Assembly: GCA_963723305.1 (NCBI GenBank) | Contig: CAVRRT010000124.1 | Span: 2,857-66,856 of the forward strand | Length of the DNA: 64,000 bases | Direction of reading: 5' to 3' | Source: an uncultured Pseudomonadota bacterium | GTDB lineage: Bacteria > Myxococcota_A > Polyangia > Fen-1088 | Shown here: positions 9,518-17,919 of the stretch, one piece after another | Layout of the letters: each line of letters begins with the position of its first letter | How positions within the stretch are numbered: position 1 is the stretch's first letter | Translations under genes and position numbers: made by a program | The notes under the pieces: model-generated | Told to the model about the DNA's origin: nothing | Databases searched by the model: none | What the model saw: the letters and a program-made list of their open reading frames with translations, nothing else

Positions 9518-10569
9518 GGGGCGCGGATGATGACACGGCGCCGCCGGCTCCACCGCCGCGTCATGGGTTTGACCGCCGCCCCACACCGGACGACCGCCCT
9601 CCCGGCGGAACCTGCCACGTTGTTGGCGCGTGTCGCCCTGCCGCTGGTCCTCGGCTGACCGCCCGGGCGGCCGCTCAGAATCGCCGCGCAGCGGTCCAGG
9701 GTGACGCTCTCGGTGTCGCCGTCGATGGTCACGTCGGCGGTTCCGCAGCCGGTGATGCTGACGCTGGCCGATTTGCCGGAGTCCTTGCCGCTCGTGACCG
9801 TGCCGGTGAGCGAGCCCGACGAGGCGCAGTTGCAGCTGGGGGTCCAGGCCAGGTTGTCGGGCGTCAGCGACACCGCGTATTCGGCCAGGTTGTGCGTCAC
9901 CACCAGCGTCCCCGCCACGATGACGAAGTCGGCGCGTGAGCTGCCGGTGATCGTCAGCGGCGTGCTGGTCGCGGTGCTGATGTCGAACAGCCTGCGGCCG
10001 CCGGGCGCGGTGAGCACCCGCTCCATCCCCGGCACCGCGAAGGTGAACCCACCGTCGGTGCGGGTCAGCGTCTGGCCGCCACCCGGCGAGGTCACCGCCA
10101 GCGTCCCGCCGTAGTTGCCCGTCAGGGTGAAGCTGGCCGTGCGGTCGACCGAGTCACCGGTCGCCGAGAGCGAGCAGGCCGCCGCGTCGCTGAAGGTGAG
10201 CGTCACCGAGCCGTCGACCGTCGCCGACCCGAACGAACAGCTGTCGAAGGTCTCCGTCCGAACGCCCGAGGTGCAGGCCGAGTAGGTGAACGGGTAGCAG
10301 TCGGCCGCGTAGGCCGAGGGGATCACCGCGTCGAGCGCGCGCCGCCAGAGCGGCCCCCTGAGCTCGCCGGGCGTGCGCAGGATCGGCAGCGCCGGGAGCA
10401 TCGCCGTGGCCGAGCCGCCGCTGGCCGACTCGTCGGCGCTCGCCATCACCTCGCCCACGGCGGCGCCGATCTGCCCCTGGTCGCTGAGACCCTTCTGGCA
10501 ACCGGTTGCCAGAAGCGCCAGCGCCGCCGCCGTCACAACCCCCGTCCTCGATCCAGCGCGCGTCGACAT
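9427..10569 (-). CDS. Hypothetical lipoprotein
   Basis: ATG at 10569. Signal plus lipobox MSTRAGSRTGVVTAAALALLATGC. Thr/Ser/Gly-rich beta-type body. The last ~80 codons are Arg-rich, look non-coding and overlap the MFS start, so the 3' end is uncertain. Confidence 0.5.
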   Translation of the reverse strand: MSTRAGSRTGVVTAAALALLATGCQKGLSDQGQIGAAVGEVMASADESASGGSATAMLPALPILRTPGELRGPLWRRALDAVIPSAYAADCYPFTYSACTSGVRTETFDSCSFGSATVDGSVTLTFSDAAACSLSATGDSVDRTASFTLTGNYGGTLAVTSPGGGQTLTRTDGGFTFAVPGMERVLTAPGGRRLFDISTATSTPLTITGSSRADFVIVAGTLVVTHNLAEYAVSLTPDNLAWTPSCNCASSGSLTGTVTSGKDSGKSASVSITGCGTADVTIDGDTESVTLDRCAAILSGRPGGQPRTSGRATRANNVAGSAGRAVVRCGAAVKPMTRRWSRRRRVIIRAPWIPLAPPPSRRERPSRTAITAATSPRRWR

Positions 10570-10782
10570 GAAATGCTCCTTGGCTCGAAAGCGAGCCTCG
10601 CGCCCCAGACATCGGACGAACGAACGGTGCAGTTGAGGCGAGGCTCGGGTGGGGCCAGACGGGAACCACTTCTCCGTCCGCTCACCCGAGACAGACCCGG
10701 CCCGCACAAGAATGTGAAAGAGCACCGCGATTTGCGGGTGCTCTCCGTCACACGACGGGCGAACGTCCGAGGGGACTGGCCG

Positions 10783-11856
10783 CTAAAACTCGAACTTGCC
10801 GAAGGCGCCCAGCTCTTTGAACGCCTGCACCAGGCGGGCGGTGATCCCCTTCTCGCCGACGTGCAGCCACCCGCGCGGGTCGATGTACTTCTTGTTCGGC
10901 TTGTCGGGCCCCTCGGGGTTGCCGATCTGGGACATCAGGTAAGCGCCCTTGTCGTCCATGAACTGCTTGATGGGGTGGGTGAAGGCCCACTGGGTGTCGG
11001 TGTCGATGTTCATCTTCACCACGCCGTAAGAGACCGCCTCGGTGATCTCCTCGGGCGACGAGCCGGAGCCTCCGTGAAAGACGAAGTTCACCGGGTGGGG
11101 GCCCGTCTTGCGCTGCTCCTGAACGTACTTCTGCGAGTCGCGCAGGATGGTGGGCTTCAGCTTGACGTTGCCCGCGGCGTAGACGCCGTGCGTGTTGCCG
11201 AAGGCGGCGGCGACGGTGAAGCTGCCGATCGGGTTGAGCACGTCGTAAGCCTTGAGGACGTCCTCGGGGTGCGTGTAGAGCTTGTCGTGCTCGACGCCCG
11301 AGTTGTCGACGCCGTCCTCTTCGCCGCCGGTGATGCCGAGCTCGATCTCCAGCGTCATGTTCATCTTGGCGATGCGGGTCAGCGTCCGGGCGCTGATCTC
11401 GATGTTCTCCGCCAGCGGCTGCTCCGAGAGATCGAGCATGTGCGAGCTGAAGAGCGGCTCGCCGTTGCGCGCGAAGTACTCTTCGCCGGCGGCGATCACC
11501 CCGTCGACCCAGGGGAGGATCTTCTTGGCGCAGTGATCGGTGTGGAGCACCACCGGCACGCCGTAGACCTTGGCCAGCGTCCGGACATGCATCGCGCCCG
11601 CGATCGAGCCGGCGATCGAGGCGGCCTGCTGGCTGTTGTCCAGCGTCTTGCCGCCGTAGAACTGCGAGCCGGTGTGCGACAGCTGGATGATGATCGGCGC
11701 CTTGGCCTCCTTGGCGGCCGCCATCGCGGCGTTCGCCGAGTCCGATCCGATCACGTTGACCGAGGGCAGCGCGGCGTCGGCCTCCTTGCAATAAGCAAAC
11801 AGCTCTTTGAGGGCGTTGCCGGTGATGACTCCAGGTTTCAGCTTGAGGTTCGCCAT
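10783..11856 (-). CDS. fba: Class II fructose-1,6-bisphosphate aldolase
   Basis: 357 aa. Family motifs across the full length: PSVNVIGSDS, IIQLSHTG, VLHTDHC, FVFHGGSGS. Confidence 0.9.
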   Translation of the reverse strand: MANLKLKPGVITGNALKELFAYCKEADAALPSVNVIGSDSANAAMAAAKEAKAPIIIQLSHTGSQFYGGKTLDNSQQAASIAGSIAGAMHVRTLAKVYGVPVVLHTDHCAKKILPWVDGVIAAGEEYFARNGEPLFSSHMLDLSEQPLAENIEISARTLTRIAKMNMTLEIELGITGGEEDGVDNSGVEHDKLYTHPEDVLKAYDVLNPIGSFTVAAAFGNTHGVYAAGNVKLKPTILRDSQKYVQEQRKTGPHPVNFVFHGGSGSSPEEITEAVSYGVVKMNIDTDTQWAFTHPIKQFMDDKGAYLMSQIGNPEGPDKPNKKYIDPRGWLHVGEKGITARLVQAFKELGAFGKFEF

Positions 11857-11991
11857 GGGCGCGCGAGTATAGGCCTCCGGCGCGCGGTTTTCGACCCCGC
11901 TCGACGGTTAAATCGCGGCCAAGATCCGGTTGCCAAAGAACCGGTCGAGAGCGACCCGGATCAGCTGCCGGCCGGCCCGCCAGCCGGCGGC

Positions 11992-13437
11992 CTAACGACG
12001 GCCTTGGAGCCGCTTGAGGCGGCTGAGCGGCCCCAGAACCCGGTGCAGCTCGTACTTGGTCGGGGGACGGCGCGCCGCCGCCGCGGCGCCCGCTTTGGCG
12101 TCGACCAGGGGGACGACGAAGTCGGTGGTGGCCTGGGCGGGGAGGTAGAAGAAGTCGCTGGGGAAGAGGCTCACCGGCAGGAACTGGGTCGTGGGGTCGA
12201 TGGCCGCCAGCACCGCCGTCCGCGCCGACTGGGGAGCGAACGGCGCCGGCACGGCCGTCGACATGGAGGCGTAGCGCACCGTCAGCGGCGAGGCGAAGCT
12301 GGTCCCGTCGGCCCAGAAGAGCCAGCCCCCGGCGTACTCGACCACGATCCCCTGACCGGGGGCGTAGAGGTTCACGCAGGCGCCGTAGTTGGAGAAGCTG
12401 TTCCGGGTCAGCGTCCCAGGGTTGTAGGCGCCGGCCAAGAGCGCCTTGGGATCGCCGAGGTCGCAGGAGAGCGAGTCGGCGCCGCTGTTGATCTGGACGC
12501 CGTCGTTGCCGGCCGCCTGGACGGTGAGCAGCGCCGGCCCGTTGATGGTGGCGTTGTGGGCGTTGGTCGCCTGATCGATGAGCGCGAAGTAAGCGGAGAG
12601 ATCGATGCCCGTCGGGCAGTTGCTCGTTGCCTGCAGCATCTCCAGCGTCTGGCGTGACTCCGCGCCGAAGCTCTCGTTGACCATCCCGACGTCGTACTTC
12701 GTCTGGGCGGCCGCCAGATCGCTGTCGATGGTCGCCGGCTGATTGACGAAGGCGGCGTAGACCTGGGGATCGTCGAGCAGGTCGACCATCTGATCGACGT
12801 CCGACTGCGCGATGCAGGTGAAGCCCGCCTGCAGCGACTCCTCCGAGCCGAGCTCACGCTCGACCAGCACCAGCCGCACGCTGGGGTTCTCGTGCGCCAC
12901 CGTGCTGGAGGTGGCGGTGCCGTGATAGCCGAAGGAGGCGAACTCGTTGTTGATCGGATCCATCAGCTGGTTGGTCTCGCTGGCGGTGAAGACGTCGGCC
13001 GGCGTCTGGTTGGCGCGCACCATGGCGTTCCAGCGCGCCTCGAACTGGGCGACGCTGGCCAGCGGATTCGCCTTGGGGCTGATGCCGCTCGTGAGGTGAC
13101 AGCTGTCGTCGGGCTGCGCCAGCTCGGCGAGGTAGAGCTGCTTGAGCATGTCGAACGCGGGGCCCGAGGAGACCGCCCCTCCGTCGCCGATCGTCGCTCC
13201 GGCGTCAGAGGTCGGCTCGTCGACACAGCTCTCGGTGTAGGCGGCGGAGACTCTCCCCTGCAGATCGCTCACCGAGAGATCGATCCCCGTGTCGATCACC
13301 ATGACGTTCTGCTGCTGGTTCGAGCTGATGGGGACGAGGCTGACCCCGCTCCCGCTGCCGCAGCCGCTCCCGGTGAGGAAACTACCGACGCAACCCCCGA
13401 CGCAAACGACGATAAGCCAGGCCCTCGACCTATTCAT
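11992..13437 (-). CDS. Secreted subtilisin-like serine protease (peptidase S8)
   Basis: Catalytic triad context VIDTGID / HGTATSS / GTSFASP. Signal-like N-terminus MNRSRAWLIVVCVGGCVG from ATG 13437. Confidence 0.75.
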   Translation of the reverse strand: MNRSRAWLIVVCVGGCVGSFLTGSGCGSGSGVSLVPISSNQQQNVMVIDTGIDLSVSDLQGRVSAAYTESCVDEPTSDAGATIGDGGAVSSGPAFDMLKQLYLAELAQPDDSCHLTSGISPKANPLASVAQFEARWNAMVRANQTPADVFTASETNQLMDPINNEFASFGYHGTATSSTVAHENPSVRLVLVERELGSEESLQAGFTCIAQSDVDQMVDLLDDPQVYAAFVNQPATIDSDLAAAQTKYDVGMVNESFGAESRQTLEMLQATSNCPTGIDLSAYFALIDQATNAHNATINGPALLTVQAAGNDGVQINSGADSLSCDLGDPKALLAGAYNPGTLTRNSFSNYGACVNLYAPGQGIVVEYAGGWLFWADGTSFASPLTVRYASMSTAVPAPFAPQSARTAVLAAIDPTTQFLPVSLFPSDFFYLPAQATTDFVVPLVDAKAGAAAAARRPPTKYELHRVLGPLSRLKRLQGRR

Positions 13438-13510
13438 GAAGCCTCCTGGCGACATTGTTTCGTTGTCTCGGCGCCTGGTCAACATGCTATTGCGCACACG
13501 CTCTCTGGGC

Positions 13511-15142
13511 TCAGTCGTCGAACAGCGTAAAGGGACGATTGCTCTCGGGCGCCAGGGCATCCCGATTGTGCCGCGCGAACCGCTGCAGCCGCGCAAACCC
13601 GCGCGGGGTGACCGCGCCGAACACCAGCGCGAACCTGCCCGGCGCCTTGGCGTCGGGAACGATGGCCCGAAAGGCCCGATCGCCGAGCGGGTGCGGGTCG
13701 TGCACCGGCAGCGCCACCTCGGCCGCCAGCGCGTTGAGCGGCGCCGCGCCCACCAGCACCAGGTTCCACCGCGCGCGATCGTCGGCCGTGACCTCTCGGT
13801 CGCTCTTCACGGTGAACTTGGCGGCGATCATCGGCCCCCAGTCGGCGAGCGCCTCGGCCAGCGCGCGCGCGGCGGCCACCGCCTGGGGCGGCCCGTTGGT
13901 CCCGTAGACGTAGAGGTGCGGGTGCTGACGCGGGACGCTCTTCCCTCCGAGGCCCGGGATCGCCTCCCCGGGCGGCGGCGGCGAGAGTGGCGCCCTGGGC
14001 GACGCCGGATCGCGCCTGATGGCGGCCAGCGTGCGCAAGAGCGCGGCGTCTCTGTAAGCCGGGACCCATGCGGGGTGGCCGACGCCGGGATACTCCGTGT
14101 AGTGGATGTTCTTCCCCAGCCACCCGAGCGCCCGGTAGCGCGCGACCATCTTGCGCGAGTCCTCGACGGGGACGGTGGGATCCATGTCGCCGTGAAAGAT
14201 GAAGACCTGCTGGTGCGCGGCGTTCTCCGCGATGGCCGGCGGCGACAGCGCGTCGAGCCGCTCCAGATCATAGAGCGGCCGGTCGGCGGGAGCGATCATC
14301 CGCCGAAAGTCGGCGACGGCGCAGACCGGCGCCAGCGCGGCGAAGAGCTCGGGATGGCGAAGCCCGATGGCCCAGGTGCCGCCGCCGCCCATCGAGAGGC
14401 CGGTCAGCGTGATTCGCTCCGGGTCGATGGCGTAGGCGCGGCGGACGTCGGCGACGACGCGCATGACGTCCTCACCGCCCAGGCCGTCGTACCCCATGAG
14501 CTCGCCGCGGCCGAGCGGCGAGACGACGAACGCCGGAACGTCGGGGAGCGGGAGTTGGTTGCGGGAGGCCTCGGCGTCCGTCTCGCCCGGTCGGTTGTCG
14601 AGCCCGAAGACCCGCCGCAGGTTGTGCCTGTGATCGGAGAAGGCGCCGTGCAGCGCGACGACGAGCGGCCAGCGCTTTCTTTTGGCCGCGTCGTAGCCGC
14701 GCGGCACGTAGAGCGCGTAGGGCTGCAGCGTCCCGTCCCAGGCGGCGCGGTAGGCTTTGACCAGCTCGCCGGTCGCCGTCAGGTAGGGGTCGTCCCCCTT
14801 CCCCTTCGCCACCCGGTCGGCGTAGGCGCGCGCGGTCACCAGCGTGTCGCGGACGAAGGCGCCGTCCCGCGCGGGGTTGGTGATCGACGCGCGGCGACGA
14901 TCGGCGTCCTCGACCAGCCGCTCGATCGAGGGGAGCGTCACCTCGCGGACGACGTCCGAGCCGCCGGCGGCGCGGGCGCGGGCCAGTGCCTCCAGCGCGG
15001 CGGCACGCAAGGCATCGACGTCGTCGGGACCGCCCGCGCGCGCGGATCCGGCGACCGTGGCCGCCAAGAGGACGGTGACCGCGACGGCGACCGCACCACC
15101 GCCGATCGCCGACGCGCCCGCCTCCCAGGGTGCCGCTCTCAT
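13511..15142 (-). CDS. Secreted alpha/beta-hydrolase (esterase / prolyl-oligopeptidase-type fold)
   Basis: Nucleophile elbow GLSMGG. Downstream FHGDMDPTVP and GVGHPAW are typical of the Asp/His region. Signal-like N-terminus. ATGA start/stop overlap with the kinase gene. Confidence 0.7.
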   Translation of the reverse strand: MRAAPWEAGASAIGGGAVAVAVTVLLAATVAGSARAGGPDDVDALRAAALEALARARAAGGSDVVREVTLPSIERLVEDADRRRASITNPARDGAFVRDTLVTARAYADRVAKGKGDDPYLTATGELVKAYRAAWDGTLQPYALYVPRGYDAAKRKRWPLVVALHGAFSDHRHNLRRVFGLDNRPGETDAEASRNQLPLPDVPAFVVSPLGRGELMGYDGLGGEDVMRVVADVRRAYAIDPERITLTGLSMGGGGTWAIGLRHPELFAALAPVCAVADFRRMIAPADRPLYDLERLDALSPPAIAENAAHQQVFIFHGDMDPTVPVEDSRKMVARYRALGWLGKNIHYTEYPGVGHPAWVPAYRDAALLRTLAAIRRDPASPRAPLSPPPPGEAIPGLGGKSVPRQHPHLYVYGTNGPPQAVAAARALAEALADWGPMIAAKFTVKSDREVTADDRARWNLVLVGAAPLNALAAEVALPVHDPHPLGDRAFRAIVPDAKAPGRFALVFGAVTPRGFARLQRFARHNRDALAPESNRPFTLFDD

Positions 15143-17145
15143 CGGTGGGGGTGGAAGAAGGTGTGCTTGGGCGGCGGCGTCTTCTTGAGCGCCACGGCGA
15201 GCTTGCGGTCCTTCGTGCTGTGCACTGCCACCATGCGCCTGGCCGGCTCGTAGCCGCGCTTGATGAGGATGATCTCGTAGGTATTGCCGGTCTTGAAGTG
15301 CAGGCTGATCGGCGTGCGCCCGAGGACGCGCGCCTTGGTCTTCACCACCGCGCCGGCGGGGGCGCTGGTGATGTGCAAGATCGCGGTCTCGGCGTGCGGC
15401 ACTTCCGAGGCCGACTTGCCGGCGACCGGGTGTGGCTTGGCGGGCGGCCCACCCCTCTTGACGGTCTCGGCCTCGTCCTCGCCGATGACGGCGTTTTCCG
15501 CGTTCGGCACCGCCTTCTTGAGCAGCGCCTCTTCGTCGGCGTCGTCGTCCTCATCCTTCTTCTTCTCGGCCTTGTCGTCCGGCGTGGGCGGCTTCGCTTC
15601 CGCGGGCGGAGCTTCGGCGACGGGCGGGTGCGCATCCGGCGCGGCCGCGACCGTGCTCGGCGATGGCGCCGGAGCTGGCGCCACTGCGGCGTCGGCGCTC
15701 GCCACCCTCTGCGCGGCGGAAACTGGCTGCGACGGCGCCGGCTGCGACAGCGCCGGCTGCGACGGCGTCGGCTGCGACGGCGAGGGAACGGGCAGGGGAG
15801 CAGGCCCCGGCGGCGGCGCGGCGCTGACGACGGGCGGCGGGGTGGACCTCTCGGTGCCAGCGCTGCCGCCAATCCCGAGGGCCGTCATCACGCCCCTCTG
15901 CTCGGCCCAGACCCAGAGGTAGCGCGCCCCGACCACCGCGCCGAGCGTCAAGATGACGCCCAGCCAGAACCCGCTCGAGCGCCGCCTCATCGACGAGGTC
16001 GTCGCCGGCTTCACGATCTCTGCGGTGTGGCCGCTGCGCGAGGCGGGCGCCTGTTCCCTCTGCCCCGACATCGGCTCTGGCGGCGGCGTGCGCCCGCGGT
16101 GAAACTCCGTCCGTTCGGTCGACTGTTCGAGATCGCGGAGCTCGAACGAGGTCCCGACCGAGAGGTCGGTCCCCACCGCGGCGTTCACGACGCCGCCCGC
16201 GTCGCGCGGCGCTTTGCCGATCGACGGCGCTTTGTCGCGCCGGCCGAGCTGCTCCAGCCAGGACTTGAGCTCGGTCTGCCCCGCCGAATGGAACTCCGTC
16301 CGCAGCACGCGCTCGACCTCGACCAGCATCTCGTCGGCCGTCTGATAGCGCTCCGCCGGGTGCAGACGCATCGCCCGCCGGACGATCGCCGCCACCGATT
16401 CGCCGATCGTCGGCTTGGCCTCCTGGGGCGGCGGGAACTCCGCCTTCTGCACCCGCAGCAGCGACTCGAGATCGTTGTTGGCCTCGAACGGCAGCCGGTC
16501 GGTCATCATCCGGTAGAGCATCGACCCCACCGAGAAGATGTCCGACCGGCGGTCGACCACGCTCCCCTGCGCCTGCTCGGGGGACATATAGGCGACCTTG
16601 CCTTTGATGACGCCGGCGGCGGTCTGCTCGCGCTTGCGCTGCGCCTTGGCGATGCCGAAGTCGGCCAGCTTCACCTCGCCTTCCCCGCTCACGAGGACGT
16701 TGTTGGGGCTGATGTCGCGGTGGACGATCCCCAGCGGTTTGCCGTCGCGGCTCTTGCCGTGCGCGTAGGCGAGCGCGCGGCAGACCTGCGACACCACGTG
16801 CAGTGCGAGCGCCGGCGGAAAGACCATCTCCGCCGCGTAGGCCCGCTGCAGGATCTTCTCCAGGTCCCAGCCGTCGACCAGCTCCAGCGCCAGGAAATAG
16901 CGCCCCGACGCCACCCCCAGGTCCAGCACCTGCACGATGTTGCCGTGCTGGAGGGTCATCGAGATGTGGGCCTCGTCGAGCAGCATGTTGCGGAACTGCG
17001 GATCGGCCGAATACTGGGTCAGGATGCGCTTGAGGACGACCGCCTTCTCGAATCCTTCGGCCCCGTGCTGGACCGCCAGGAAGATCTCGGCCATCCCGCC
17101 GTCGGCCAGCTTTCCGAGGATGGTGTATCGGCCGTGCGACGCCAT
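15139..17145 (-). CDS. Ser/Thr protein kinase with Pro-rich linker, TM segment and C-terminal PEGA domain
   Basis: Gly-loop LGKLADGGMAEIF. VLKR lysine. HRDISPNNVLV. ADFGIAK. SPEQ. C-terminal ITSAPAGAVVK...GRTPI...YEIILIKRGYEP matches a PEGA domain. Confidence 0.85.
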   Translation of the reverse strand: MASHGRYTILGKLADGGMAEIFLAVQHGAEGFEKAVVLKRILTQYSADPQFRNMLLDEAHISMTLQHGNIVQVLDLGVASGRYFLALELVDGWDLEKILQRAYAAEMVFPPALALHVVSQVCRALAYAHGKSRDGKPLGIVHRDISPNNVLVSGEGEVKLADFGIAKAQRKREQTAAGVIKGKVAYMSPEQAQGSVVDRRSDIFSVGSMLYRMMTDRLPFEANNDLESLLRVQKAEFPPPQEAKPTIGESVAAIVRRAMRLHPAERYQTADEMLVEVERVLRTEFHSAGQTELKSWLEQLGRRDKAPSIGKAPRDAGGVVNAAVGTDLSVGTSFELRDLEQSTERTEFHRGRTPPPEPMSGQREQAPASRSGHTAEIVKPATTSSMRRRSSGFWLGVILTLGAVVGARYLWVWAEQRGVMTALGIGGSAGTERSTPPPVVSAAPPPGPAPLPVPSPSQPTPSQPALSQPAPSQPVSAAQRVASADAAVAPAPAPSPSTVAAAPDAHPPVAEAPPAEAKPPTPDDKAEKKKDEDDDADEEALLKKAVPNAENAVIGEDEAETVKRGGPPAKPHPVAGKSASEVPHAETAILHITSAPAGAVVKTKARVLGRTPISLHFKTGNTYEIILIKRGYEPARRMVAVHSTKDRKLAVALKKTPPPKHTFFHPHR

Positions 17146-17172
17146 GAGCGCCGGCTAAGGTATCATCCCCCG

Positions 17173-17919
17173 ATGCTGAAGCTCTACGCGCGCCTGGCGG
17201 GAAAATCGATCCGCCTGGCGTTGCGCGGCTGGCCGGCCGCGGTTGTGCTGCCGATTTACGCGACGGCCCTGCAGCTGGCGACCGGCTACGCCGGCAGCAT
17301 GGGGATGATCGGGGGCTTCCTGGTCGGGTTCGTGGTGGCCTTCCTCGCGTCGAGCTACCTGCATCTGGTCGGGCTGGCGGTGGCCGCCCGCAAGATCGGC
17401 TTCGGCGACTTCCGCGACAGCTTCATGGCCCACTTCTGGGACGTCATCAGCGTGATGTTCGCGACCTGGGTCATCCAGCTTCTGGTCAGCACCCTGACCC
17501 GCGACGCCGGCGAGAACGGGAAGATCATCTTCGTCCTGGTCGATCTGACGATGGTGGTGTTCTTCAACCCGGTCCCGGAGATGATCTATCTGGGCGGGGG
17601 GCAGTCGCGATCGTTCGGCCTCTTGATGGAGGCGGGGCGGTTCATCTCGGCGCACTGGCCGGAGTGGCTGGCGCCGAGCGCGCTCATGGCCGCGGTCCTG
17701 CTGGCGCCGACCGGCCTCATCCAGCATGGACCGCTGGCGCTGCGGCTGCTCATGTTCCAGTCGCTGTTCTCGCTGGAGGGTCTGGCCCGGGTGGTGAACA
17801 CCATTCCGCTCTGGCTGGCGCCGTTCATGCTGATCTTCATCAATTGCGGCATGGTCTTCCGGGGCCTGCTCTTCTCCGAGCTCGCGGCGGGCGTCCGCCG
17901 ACCGCGTCCATGGCCGTAG
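17173..17919 (+). CDS. Hypothetical polytopic membrane protein
   Basis: Only the last 248 codons of track ORF 15130..17919 are protein-like (MLKLYARLAGKSIRLALRGW..., multiple hydrophobic helices). ATG at 17173. Confidence 0.55.
   Translation: MLKLYARLAGKSIRLALRGWPAAVVLPIYATALQLATGYAGSMGMIGGFLVGFVVAFLASSYLHLVGLAVAARKIGFGDFRDSFMAHFWDVISVMFATWVIQLLVSTLTRDAGENGKIIFVLVDLTMVVFFNPVPEMIYLGGGQSRSFGLLMEAGRFISAHWPEWLAPSALMAAVLLAPTGLIQHGPLALRLLMFQSLFSLEGLARVVNTIPLWLAPFMLIFINCGMVFRGLLFSELAAGVRRPRPWP

Noticed and set aside
10573-12657. 694-aa plus-strand ORF antisense to fba and the S8 protease. Other long antisense ORFs of the same kind include 2319..3983, 5609..6754, 13289..15253, 17586..19448, 24673..26481, 27127..28779, 35518..38025, 44856..46433, 44999..46609, 48988..50628, 51185..52843, 54664..56859, 58903..61125 and 61620..63641.
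   Set aside because: These are typical high-GC shadow ORFs. Their products are Arg/Gly/Pro/Asp-rich with no motifs, and each lies opposite a gene with clear family signatures.
15130-17919. 929-aa plus-strand ORF
   Set aside because: Only the last 248 codons (from ATG 17173) are membrane-protein-like. The rest is antisense to the Ser/Thr kinase.
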